From the NCBI GenBank assembly GCA_963787495.1, contig CAWBDA010000004.1, positions 166,015 to 230,014 on the forward strand: 64,000 nucleotides of DNA, given 5' to 3'. Position 1 is the stretch's first letter; each line of letters starts with the position of its first letter. This document shows positions 55,163-63,229 of this stretch, one piece after another. Under the pieces are notes generated by a model, which saw nothing but the letters and a program-made list of their open reading frames with translations, did not search any database and was not told the DNA's origin. The position numbers were made by a program, and so were the translations under genes. The stretch is from an uncultured Acidobacteriaceae bacterium. Lineage in GTDB: Bacteria; Acidobacteriota; Terriglobia; Terriglobales; Acidobacteriaceae.

Positions 55163-55230
55163 GAGACACCAAGAAAACGAAGGCAAAACACCGCTGGTCT
55201 AGTTTTTCTCCGTGTCTCGGTGCCTCCGTG
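55163..55230. repeat. hairpin built from CTCNGTG octamer repeats
   Basis: GAGACACCAAGAAAAC (55163-55178) pairs with GTTTTTCTCCGTGTCTC (55202-55218). The right side continues as TCTCCGTG TCTCGGTG CCTCCGTG. Confidence 0.7.
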
Positions 55231-55279
55231 GTAAATGACGGTTCCCTGCTGTTATTCTTTCCCATTCCAAGGAGCACTC

Positions 55280-56050
55280 ATGTCTTCTGACCTGCAAGGC
55301 CGTAACGGCGTCGTTTTCGGAGTCGCCAACAAGCGCTCGATTGCCTGGTCCATCGCCCAGGGACTGCACGCCGCGGGCATGAAGCTGGCGATCACCTACC
55401 AGAACGAGCGCCTGGAGCAGGAAGCCAAAGACCTCATCCTCTCCCTGCCCGGAGCCCAGGGCTACATGTGCGACGTCAGCAAAGACGAAGAAATCGACCG
55501 CCTCTTCGCCACCCTCAAAGAACGTCACGGCAAGCTCCACACTCTGGTGCACTCCGTAGCCTACGCTCCCGCCGACGAACTGAAAGGGGAATTCCTAAAC
55601 ACTACGCGCGAGGGCTTCCGCGTCGCGCTCGATGTCAGCGTATATTCGCTGGTCGCGGTTGCCCGTGCCGCAGCCCCGCTCATGGAAGATGGCGGTTCCA
55701 TCATCACCATGACCTACTACGCTTCCGAGAAAGTCGTGCCTCGCTACAACGTGATGGCCGTAGCCAAGGCTGGTCTGGAGTGCTCGGTGCGCTATCTTGC
55801 GTATGAACTAGGAAAGAAGAAGATTCGTGTGAACGCCATCTCCGCTGGCCCCATCAAGACCCTCGCCGCCCGCGGCATCGCCGGCTTCGGCGACATGCTC
55901 AAAGGCCACGAAGAACGTGCCCCGCTGGGCCGCCGCGTGGAAGTAGAAGAAGTCGGCTCGACAGGAGTATTTCTAGCCTCCGACGCCAGCAGCGGCATCA
56001 CCGGCGAAGTCATTTATGTCGACTGCGGCTACAACATCATGGGATTTTGA
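55280..56050 (+). CDS. fabI: enoyl-[acyl-carrier-protein] reductase (NADH)
   Basis: GVANKRSIAWSIAQ, and YNVMAVAKAGLE (Y-x6-K). AAGGAG before ATG 55280. Confidence 0.93.
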   Translation: MSSDLQGRNGVVFGVANKRSIAWSIAQGLHAAGMKLAITYQNERLEQEAKDLILSLPGAQGYMCDVSKDEEIDRLFATLKERHGKLHTLVHSVAYAPADELKGEFLNTTREGFRVALDVSVYSLVAVARAAAPLMEDGGSIITMTYYASEKVVPRYNVMAVAKAGLECSVRYLAYELGKKKIRVNAISAGPIKTLAARGIAGFGDMLKGHEERAPLGRRVEVEEVGSTGVFLASDASSGITGEVIYVDCGYNIMGF

Positions 56051-56080
56051 ATCCAGGTCTCAGTTCTCGGTTTTCTTCTG

Positions 56081-56881
56081 CTACCGCATCAAAAACGAGA
56101 ATCCGTCGAACAAATATTCGTGCTTCCCATCCTTGGCCACCGGTTTCACTTCTCCACGACGTACCTGCTGGATCGCAGCAACCACCTTCGGAAGATAGCT
56201 GGGGTCGGCGACCGGCACATTGTGTGAAGGCAAGAGAAGTTGAACGCGAGGCGCCAGCGCAGCCAGTTTCTGCATCGACGCTACATAAGCGTCCAGATCC
56301 GTTTCCGGACGGTATAGATAGATCGGGCCAAGATAGAAGCTATCTCCCGTAAACAAAAGCCCGTTCTTATCGTCCAGCAGCGCGATAGCGTCGGGCGTAT
56401 GGCCGGGCGTGCCGATTACCTTCAGCGTGCGCCCACCCAAATCAATCTTGTCGCCATCGTGCAGCCAGTGCGTGATGTGGAATGGTTTGGTCGCGTACGC
56501 CTTCGCGTCGAACCCCGCTGGCAAAGTTCCGCAAATTTCGCCTGGAGCAAGTTCGGCTTGCGCGTCTTCTTTCGATCCGCCGGCGTTGGCCCGGGTGAAA
56601 TCCGTATCCATGCCATAGACATCGCGGAACCGCCAGTTGTCCCCAACGTGGTCGTTGTGAGTATGCGAATTCACCACGCTCACTGGAAGCTTGGTTAATC
56701 CTGCAACCACAGCCTGGATATTGCTGATGCCCATGCCGGTGTCGAACAGCAGCGCTCTGTCGCGGCCGATGACCAAATATGAAATGACCTCTTCCAGTTG
56801 GTGCGGTTCGTAGATCGCGAATATGCCTGGGCGAATCTTGTACACCTCGAACCAGGTATCCGCAGTTGGAACCCGCTCCAA
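56081..56881 (-). CDS. MBL-fold metallo-hydrolase (core; N-terminus probably frameshifted, see findings)
   Basis: HTHNDHVGD (HxHxDH) and GTPGHTPD. The in-frame sequence is open and protein-like upstream of the TTG at 56881. Confidence 0.8.
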   Translation of the reverse strand: MERVPTADTWFEVYKIRPGIFAIYEPHQLEEVISYLVIGRDRALLFDTGMGISNIQAVVAGLTKLPVSVVNSHTHNDHVGDNWRFRDVYGMDTDFTRANAGGSKEDAQAELAPGEICGTLPAGFDAKAYATKPFHITHWLHDGDKIDLGGRTLKVIGTPGHTPDAIALLDDKNGLLFTGDSFYLGPIYLYRPETDLDAYVASMQKLAALAPRVQLLLPSHNVPVADPSYLPKVVAAIQQVRRGEVKPVAKDGKHEYLFDGFSFLMR

Positions 56882-57015
56882 CTTGCTGTAAGCCGGACGG
56901 GGCAGCTTCTTGCACCACTCGGCCTGTGGGCAGCCAGAGAGGGCGTCAGACCGATTGTGAGGAACGTCGCCAGGAACAAGTTGTTGAGGCTCTTCATAAA
57001 CAGCTCACGGATGGT

Positions 57016-57441
57016 CTAACTCAGGATTCTGATCTTACGTTCATTCTCGCTCTGACGTTCCAAAGCAATCTCCACATCCCGCTCCCGCAGCAACCGCGGA
57101 AACTTCTCTCCCCACTCGATCAGCAAAACGCTGCCCTCGGCACGCAGATCATCGAGTCCGAGCGTTTCCAATTCCCGCGGAGTATCCACCCGGTAAAGAT
57201 CAATGTGATAGAGGTTGGCGCGCGGCCCGCGATATTCATGCACCAGCGTGAAGGTGGGACTGGTGACGTCTTCTTCTTCCGCCGCCCCAAAGCCAGCGGC
57301 GATTCCCTTGACCAGCGTGGTTTTTCCCGCCCCAAGATCGCCCCGCAGCAGAACCAGCTTGGGCGGCGCGAGCAGCTCCGTCAGGGTGCGCCCGAAGGCA
57401 ATGGTTTCCTCGGCCGAGCGTGTGGTGATCTCCCGCGTCAT
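57016..57441 (-). CDS. tsaE: tRNA t6A biosynthesis ATPase TsaE
   Basis: LLRGDLGAGKTTLVKGI P-loop, SPTFTLVHEY, and HIDLYR. Confidence 0.9.
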   Translation of the reverse strand: MTREITTRSAEETIAFGRTLTELLAPPKLVLLRGDLGAGKTTLVKGIAAGFGAAEEEDVTSPTFTLVHEYRGPRANLYHIDLYRVDTPRELETLGLDDLRAEGSVLLIEWGEKFPRLLRERDVEIALERQSENERKIRILS

Positions 57442-57524
57442 CTCGACCAGTATAGCGAGAGCGCCAGGGCAGAAAGTTAGCAGGTTCCGGAAAAACTCAC
57501 GAAAGCATCCAGTAACGTGGAAGA

Positions 57525-57575
57525 GCGGCGCTTTCAGCGCCGCGTCGACGCCATAAACATCGCGGGCTTCAGCCC
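57525..57575. repeat. pair of GC-rich TTCA-loop hairpins
   Basis: GCGGCGC-TTTCA-GCGCCGC (57525-57543) and GGGC-TTCA-GCCC (57564-57575). Confidence 0.65.
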
Positions 57576-57596
57576 CTGTGGTCGAATGCCTGCCTA

Positions 57597-57992
57597 CTAG
57601 ATCGTCCGCGGCACGTTAAACGCGGACGACTTCAGTCCCAGCAGACTCCGGTCCGTCACCTGGTCGAGCGAAGTACGCAAGCGGCGGTTGTCGTCATCCT
57701 CGAGCGCGACAAAGCGAAACGCCTGCAGCACACAATTCGTAGCCTTCTGCATGGGAGTTAGTATCTCCGCCATGCCGCGCACCGGGCCCGATTGCGTATG
57801 AAAGGCAACTTCGACGAAATCGCCCTCGGCCAGCGGACGCGGCAGTAACAGCAGTCCGCCCGTCGCCGAAATGGTTTGGAGTTTTGCTTTAGCGTGCCGG
57901 CCGTCTTCTAATCGAATCGCAGCCAGAACAGATGCTCCCAGCTGGACTCGGGCCGCGCGCCGCGAAGGATGCGGTTGGGGGAAGTGGGTCAT
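57597..57992 (-). CDS. PilZ-like domain protein
   Basis: RRAAR (RxxxR) followed about 25 aa later by TISATGG (approximate D/NxSxxG). Confidence 0.55.
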   Translation of the reverse strand: MTHFPQPHPSRRAARVQLGASVLAAIRLEDGRHAKAKLQTISATGGLLLLPRPLAEGDFVEVAFHTQSGPVRGMAEILTPMQKATNCVLQAFRFVALEDDDNRRLRTSLDQVTDRSLLGLKSSAFNVPRTI

Positions 57993-58201
57993 AAGCTATA
58001 TGCACTATGCGCCCCTTCGAAACCAGTAACAAGTTACGGAAGCAGAGTGACCGGATTCCCATGTCAGACAAGGGTTTAAGCCCAATAACCCCCACCTCAC
58101 CAAGCACATAGAAGTTGTTAACGGATGTGCTAATGTCCCACAGGACGATCAAGACGGCCCAACCGGACTCCCCTGGGCGCGCCAGTTGCCGCACCAGCCG
58201 T

Positions 58202-59764
58202 TCACCAACGCACAAGCTTTTCCCGCGCCGCTTCCTGAGTTCGTCGAAACGCTTCAGGAAGCCCTTGCAGAAGGTCAGTCGCCACCAGCGAATGCTCGCC
58301 CACTCTTTCCCGCATCACATCGCCGGCAAGTCCGTGCAGATGCACGGCGGCCAGCACCGCCAGAAAAGCGCTAGTCGAATGCTGCGCGATCATTCCCGCA
58401 ACCATCCCCGTCAAGATGTCCCCCGTGCCCCCGGTAGCCATGCCGGGATTGCCCGTCGTATTCACCCAGGCTTCACCGTCCGGCTGCACCACCAGCGTGC
58501 GATGCCCCTTCAGCGCCACGATAAGCTCGTGCTCGCGCGCGAACTTCCGCGCCGTACCCAACCGATCTTTCTGCACATCAGCAATGGTGCATCCGGCCAG
58601 CCGAGCCATCTCGCCCGGATGAGGCGTGATCACCAGCGTCCGCCCCGCGCCCTTCAATTCACCCGCGCGTCCCTCAAAAGCATTCAGGCCGTCAGCGTCC
58701 AAAACCACGGGGAGCCGAAGTCGCACAACTAAACTCCTCACCAGCTCTGCAGTCTGCGTATCCCGCGAAATCCCCGGCCCAATCGCGAGCACGGTCTTCC
58801 CTTCCGTCAACTCCTCGATGCGATCCAGCGCGTTTTTCGAGATCGTGCCCACATCAGTCTCGGGCAAGGGCTCAGTCATTAACTCGGTATGAAATCCGGC
58901 CACGGTTCCCAAAGCCGACTTCGCCGTTGCCACCGTCGAGAGTCCCGCGCCCGCGCGAAGCACAGCCATTCCCGCCATGGCCGCCGCTCCAGCCTTTCCG
59001 AGCGCCCCGCCGACCACCAGCACATGCCCGTAATTTCCCTTGTTCGACTCTGCCGGACGCGGCCCGATCAACCCTCCAATATCACGCGCCGTGATCACAT
59101 TCAGTCGCAGCGCCGAAACAATCGCCTCCTCCGGCGAACCGATGCCAGCCACAACAGTGGGCCCCCCAGTCAACATGCTGAACACATGAGCCGGACGAGG
59201 CGCAGTAAAAGTAACAACCTCATCGGCCCGGGCAATCGTCCCAGCTTGCGGACCCATCGCGTCCGCATCTGCGCCCGAAGGAATGTCTACCGCGATCACT
59301 GGAATCTGACTCGCATTCATGATCGCGATCGCTTCGGCATAGAGCCCGCTCACCGGAGGTTTGAAACCCGTGCCAAGCACCGCATCGATGTACAGGTCGG
59401 CCTCCAGCGAGAGCCGCACCTGCTCGCTCCTCAACTCTTCGCTGGAATGCACGGCGATTGCAGGGGACGGCAGTTTGCCAAACATGACAGCCGCATCGCC
59501 GCGCAAATCGGCGGAGTCCGCCAGCACGATCACCTGCACTTTCTTTCCTCGATCGTGCAGCCGCCGCGCCACCACAAAACCATCACCGCCGTTATTCCCT
59601 CTGCCGCAGAAAACCACAATCCGTCCAGCCGCAGCATGGCGCGAGAGCACGTAGTCAGCGACCGCCGCACCGGCGTTCTCCATCAGCGTGAGCGAAGGTA
59701 CCCCAAAGCGCTCGCTGGTAGCGCGGTCAATAGCTCGCATCTCTTCAGCAGAAACGATTTTCAT
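58202..59764 (-). CDS. nnr: bifunctional NAD(P)H-hydrate epimerase/dehydratase
   Basis: N-terminal YjeF_N MKIVSAEEMRAIDRATSERFGVPSLTLMENAG and C-terminal kinase-like GGTGDILTGMVAG. Confidence 0.9.
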   Translation of the reverse strand: MKIVSAEEMRAIDRATSERFGVPSLTLMENAGAAVADYVLSRHAAAGRIVVFCGRGNNGGDGFVVARRLHDRGKKVQVIVLADSADLRGDAAVMFGKLPSPAIAVHSSEELRSEQVRLSLEADLYIDAVLGTGFKPPVSGLYAEAIAIMNASQIPVIAVDIPSGADADAMGPQAGTIARADEVVTFTAPRPAHVFSMLTGGPTVVAGIGSPEEAIVSALRLNVITARDIGGLIGPRPAESNKGNYGHVLVVGGALGKAGAAAMAGMAVLRAGAGLSTVATAKSALGTVAGFHTELMTEPLPETDVGTISKNALDRIEELTEGKTVLAIGPGISRDTQTAELVRSLVVRLRLPVVLDADGLNAFEGRAGELKGAGRTLVITPHPGEMARLAGCTIADVQKDRLGTARKFAREHELIVALKGHRTLVVQPDGEAWVNTTGNPGMATGGTGDILTGMVAGMIAQHSTSAFLAVLAAVHLHGLAGDVMRERVGEHSLVATDLLQGLPEAFRRTQEAAREKLVRW

Positions 59765-59769
59765 AAGAA

Positions 59770-59939
59770 CAATGGCCAGTGTTCAGCGGCGAGTGATCAG
59801 TAAAACAAGTTAACGGCATAGGCTTTGTAACGGTCACTGACCACTGGCCACTAACTTTCGACTATAAAACAAAGGCCCTCCGCGCTGTGCGAAGGGCGTT
59901 TGACTTTGCTGGCCACTGGCCACTGATCACTGGCCACTG
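59770..59939. repeat. three-arm heptad-repeat element, CAGTGGY family
   Basis: CAATGGC CAGTGTT CAGCGGC GAGTGAT CAGT at 59770-59801. GGTCACT GACCACT GGCCACT at 59832-59852. GGCCACT GGCCACT GATCACT GGCCACT G at 59911-59939. Confidence 0.95.
59865..59898 (-). terminator. rho-independent terminator of the APC permease gene
   Basis: Minus strand: GCCCTTCGCACAGCGCGGAGGGC hairpin followed by CTTTGTTTTA. Lies about 30 nt after the stop. Confidence 0.65.
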
Positions 59940-61522
59940 CTTTTCAGCGCCTGAACCCGGCTGTGCTTCACGCTGTAGGTGAAGTAGACAATCAAGCCGA
60001 TGGCAAGCCAGCCGCCCAACCGGATCCAGTTCCACTTTCCAAGGTTCAGCATCATGTATCCGTTCGCGAGCACCCCCAGGATCGGCACCAGAGGCACCCA
60101 CGGCGTACGAAATGGCCGCGGCTGGCTGGGATTCGTATAGCGCAACACCATCACGGAAACCGACACGATCACAAAGGCCAGTAGAGTGCCGATGTTCACC
60201 ATCTTCCCAATTTCGTCAATCGGCGTCACGCTGCCCACAATCGCGGCCAGCAAGCCCACCAGAATCGTATTCTTCCAGGGCGTACGAAATCTGGGATGAA
60301 TGTCGGCGAAGAACTTCTTGGGCAACAGTCCATCATTCGCCATTGAATAAAGCACGCGCGTCTGCCCCAACAGCATTACCAGCATAACGCTGGTCAGCCC
60401 AGCCAAAGCCCCCAGCGTAATGATGTTCGCGGCAATGGGCAGACCCCGATCCAGGAATGCGACCGCGACCGGGGCTTCGATATTAATCTGTTGCCAGTGC
60501 ACCATTCCCGTCAGCACGCCCGCTACGGCGATGTACAAGACCGTACAGATCGCCAACGAGGCAATCATGCCGATCGGCAAGTCGCGCTGAGGATTCTTCG
60601 CCTCCTGCGCAGTGGTCGAAACTGCATCGAAACCAATGTAGGCGAAGAATATGTAGGCAGCGCCCTGCCAGATCCCGTTCATGCCGTGCGGCGCGTAGGC
60701 ATGCCAGTCCATCCCCCAGTTGGCGCGGTTGATGTAGTGAGCGCCCAGCCCGATCACGAAAAGTACGACCGACACCTTGATCACAACGATCGTCGCATTA
60801 AACCGCGCACTCTCTTTGATGCCGACGACGAGAATCGCTGTGATCACGAGCGCGATCAGGAAGGCGGGAAGGTTGAAACCGATCTCGGCTCCGAACAGAT
60901 GTGGCGCTCCCAAAAGATCGTGCGCCCGCTGCATCAGTTCCGGAGATTGAGTGCCGATGATCGCAGTCACTTTATCGAGGAACGCTTGCGAGGTTGTCCC
61001 CAGCGTCGGATCCGCAGCCTGTGCCATCTGCCGGGCAACGACCTTTTCTGCTGTCTTTAGCGCCGTCCAGTGATCGTAGGCCAGCCACAATGGCATGTGG
61101 ATATGAAAGATGTTGAGCAGTTCGATAAAGTGGTTCGACCAACCCGAAGACACCGTGCTGGCGCCCATTGCGTATTCCAGCGTGAGGTCCCAACCGATAA
61201 TCCAGGCCAACAGCTCACCCAAGGTAGCGTAGGCATAAGTGTAAGCGCTGCCCGCTAGCGGAATCATGGCCGCGAACTCCGCATAACAAAGACCGGCAAA
61301 TGCGCAACCCAAACCAGAAAGAACAAACGACAGTGAAAGCCCGGGACCGGCATACTGCGCTCCCAGCCCCACCATCACAAAGATCCCTGCTCCGATGATC
61401 GCGCCCACCCCCAGCGCGGTGAGCTGGAAAACTCCTAACGTGCGCTTGAGGCTGTGTTCGCCGGTCTCGCGAGCCTCCTCCATCAGCAGGTTCAGGGGCT
61501 TGGTTGCGAACAGATTTGCCAT
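59927..61522 (-). CDS. APC-superfamily amino acid permease (CAT-like, about 14 TM)
   Basis: LGVFQLTALGVGAIIGAGIFV... AAGGAG before ATG 61522. The last four codons and the stop lie inside a heptad arm. Confidence 0.9.
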   Translation of the reverse strand: MANLFATKPLNLLMEEARETGEHSLKRTLGVFQLTALGVGAIIGAGIFVMVGLGAQYAGPGLSLSFVLSGLGCAFAGLCYAEFAAMIPLAGSAYTYAYATLGELLAWIIGWDLTLEYAMGASTVSSGWSNHFIELLNIFHIHMPLWLAYDHWTALKTAEKVVARQMAQAADPTLGTTSQAFLDKVTAIIGTQSPELMQRAHDLLGAPHLFGAEIGFNLPAFLIALVITAILVVGIKESARFNATIVVIKVSVVLFVIGLGAHYINRANWGMDWHAYAPHGMNGIWQGAAYIFFAYIGFDAVSTTAQEAKNPQRDLPIGMIASLAICTVLYIAVAGVLTGMVHWQQINIEAPVAVAFLDRGLPIAANIITLGALAGLTSVMLVMLLGQTRVLYSMANDGLLPKKFFADIHPRFRTPWKNTILVGLLAAIVGSVTPIDEIGKMVNIGTLLAFVIVSVSVMVLRYTNPSQPRPFRTPWVPLVPILGVLANGYMMLNLGKWNWIRLGGWLAIGLIVYFTYSVKHSRVQALKSSGQ

Positions 61523-61544
61523 TCGTTTGGTTTCTCCTTAGCGC

Positions 61545-63212
61545 CTAGGCGGATGCGCGCTTAGCGCTCGCGCTTCTCGACCACGCGTAATATACCGGGA
61601 TGCCCAGAAGCACCACAATCAGCCCCGGCCACGTGAACTGAGGTTTGTAGAGCAATAGTACGACATCGATAAACAAAGCCATCACAATATAAATCGCCGG
61701 CAGCACCGGATAACCCGCCGCCCGATAGGGCCGCGGAGCATCCGGACGCGTCCGCCGCAGCACGAACAATCCCACAATCGTCAAAATGTAGAACACCAGC
61801 ACGGCGAAGATAATGTAATCGAGAAGCTGCCCGTAGCTGCCCGAGACGCACAGCAGGCACGCCCACACCATCTGCACCATCAGTGAAACCGCTGGCGTCT
61901 TGTATGTCGGATGCAGCTTGGCCACGCTGCGGAAGAACAGGCCATCCTTCGCCATGGCGTAGTAGACGCGCGCGCCCGAAAGAATCAGCCCGTTATTGCA
62001 GCCAAAGCTCGAGATCAAGATCGCCGCCGCCATCAGCAATCCGCCGGCGGCTCCGAACATCTGGGTCATCACCGCGGTCCCAACCCGGTCTTCGGCGGCG
62101 TACTTGATTCCACGTCCCAGAATCGTCGCCGCTCCCGCTGTTCCATCAAGCGGCAGCGCGTTTAGATAAATAAAGTTGCACGCGATGTAGAGCGCAATCA
62201 CCACGCCGGTCCCCAGCGCGAGCGACAAAGGCAGGTTGCGGCTGGGATTCTTCACTTCACCCGCCGTGAACGTCACATTATTCCAGGCATCCGCGGAAAA
62301 CAGCGACCCCACCTGCGCCACCGCCAGGATCGTCAGCGTGCCCACCATCACGATCGGCCCGCCCACTCCCACTTGCACCGCGTGCTGAGCGCCCAGTCCC
62401 GCATTCCGCCAGAAATGTCCACTGAAGTTTGTCGCCAGCGCCTGTGCATTGCGCCCCAAAGCCAGCCCGAACAAGGCCAGCCCCAGCAACGCCGAAACCT
62501 TGGCCGCGGTAAACACATTCTGGATGAGCGCTCCGGTTTTCAACCCAAATATGTTCACCACCGAGAGGAAGACTACGAGCAGGATGGCGACCAGGTTCTG
62601 CGTATTGATTCCCACATCCATGTTGCCCAGAACCATCGGCCCCACATGAATGGGCGGGACCTTCCAAATATGCAGAATCCAGTTGGAAGAAGAAACCGCA
62701 GGAAAAAAAACTCCGAGGAACTTTCCAAACGCCACGCCCACCGCCGCAATCGTCCCCGTCTGAATCACCAGAAAAAGTGTCCAGCCATAAAGAAATCCCC
62801 ACAGCGGCCCAAGCGCTTCGCGAAGATAAACGTACTGCCCGCCGGCTCGCGGCATCATCGCCGCCAACTCGCCATAGCTGAGCGCGGCAACAATGGTCAT
62901 GAACCCCGCCACTGCCCACGCGCCGATCAGCAGTGCCGGAGAATCCACTTCGCGGGCAATTTCCGCCGAAACAATAAAGATGCCCGAGCCGATCATCGAC
63001 CCCATGACCAGCATGGTTGCGCTGGTCAGGCCCAGACCCTTGACCAGTTCGTTGTCTTGACGGCTGTGGGTTTCCAAGTCGTTGCCCGCAGCCGGCCGCG
63101 TTGTCGATGTACCCAGGGTCCCTCCCCAGAAACTTCGCAGCGCCCGGAATTTGTAGCGCCGGCGTCTCGCCGGCTGTCGTGACGCGATCCCGCCCTCACC
63201 GGCAGACGTCAA
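61545..63212 (-). CDS. APC-superfamily amino acid permease
   Basis: LGLTSATMLVMGSMIGSGIFIV... with about 12 TM segments. The N-terminal roughly 50 residues of the longest ORF (TTG start) are Arg-rich and doubtful. Confidence 0.85.
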   Translation of the reverse strand: MTSAGEGGIASRQPARRRRYKFRALRSFWGGTLGTSTTRPAAGNDLETHSRQDNELVKGLGLTSATMLVMGSMIGSGIFIVSAEIAREVDSPALLIGAWAVAGFMTIVAALSYGELAAMMPRAGGQYVYLREALGPLWGFLYGWTLFLVIQTGTIAAVGVAFGKFLGVFFPAVSSSNWILHIWKVPPIHVGPMVLGNMDVGINTQNLVAILLVVFLSVVNIFGLKTGALIQNVFTAAKVSALLGLALFGLALGRNAQALATNFSGHFWRNAGLGAQHAVQVGVGGPIVMVGTLTILAVAQVGSLFSADAWNNVTFTAGEVKNPSRNLPLSLALGTGVVIALYIACNFIYLNALPLDGTAGAATILGRGIKYAAEDRVGTAVMTQMFGAAGGLLMAAAILISSFGCNNGLILSGARVYYAMAKDGLFFRSVAKLHPTYKTPAVSLMVQMVWACLLCVSGSYGQLLDYIIFAVLVFYILTIVGLFVLRRTRPDAPRPYRAAGYPVLPAIYIVMALFIDVVLLLYKPQFTWPGLIVVLLGIPVYYAWSRSASAKRASA

Positions 63213-63229
63213 TCCGAGGTCAAATGACT

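Noticed and set aside
54114-55202. 362-aa plus-strand ORF and 293-aa minus-strand ORF (54310-55191)
   Set aside because: These are alternative frames of the MFS transporter gene. Both are extremely Arg-rich, whereas the 53884-55140 frame gives a normal 12-TM protein.
56058-56080. TCTCAGTTCTCGGTTTTCTTCTG as an eighth CAGTTCT-family locus
   Set aside because: It has only about two degenerate units and no partner arm. That is too short to distinguish from chance.
16702-59939. Possibility that the heptad arrays or the 15-mer array are CRISPR arrays
   Set aside because: The repeat units are 7-15 nt and directly adjacent, without unique spacers. No cas genes are in the window.
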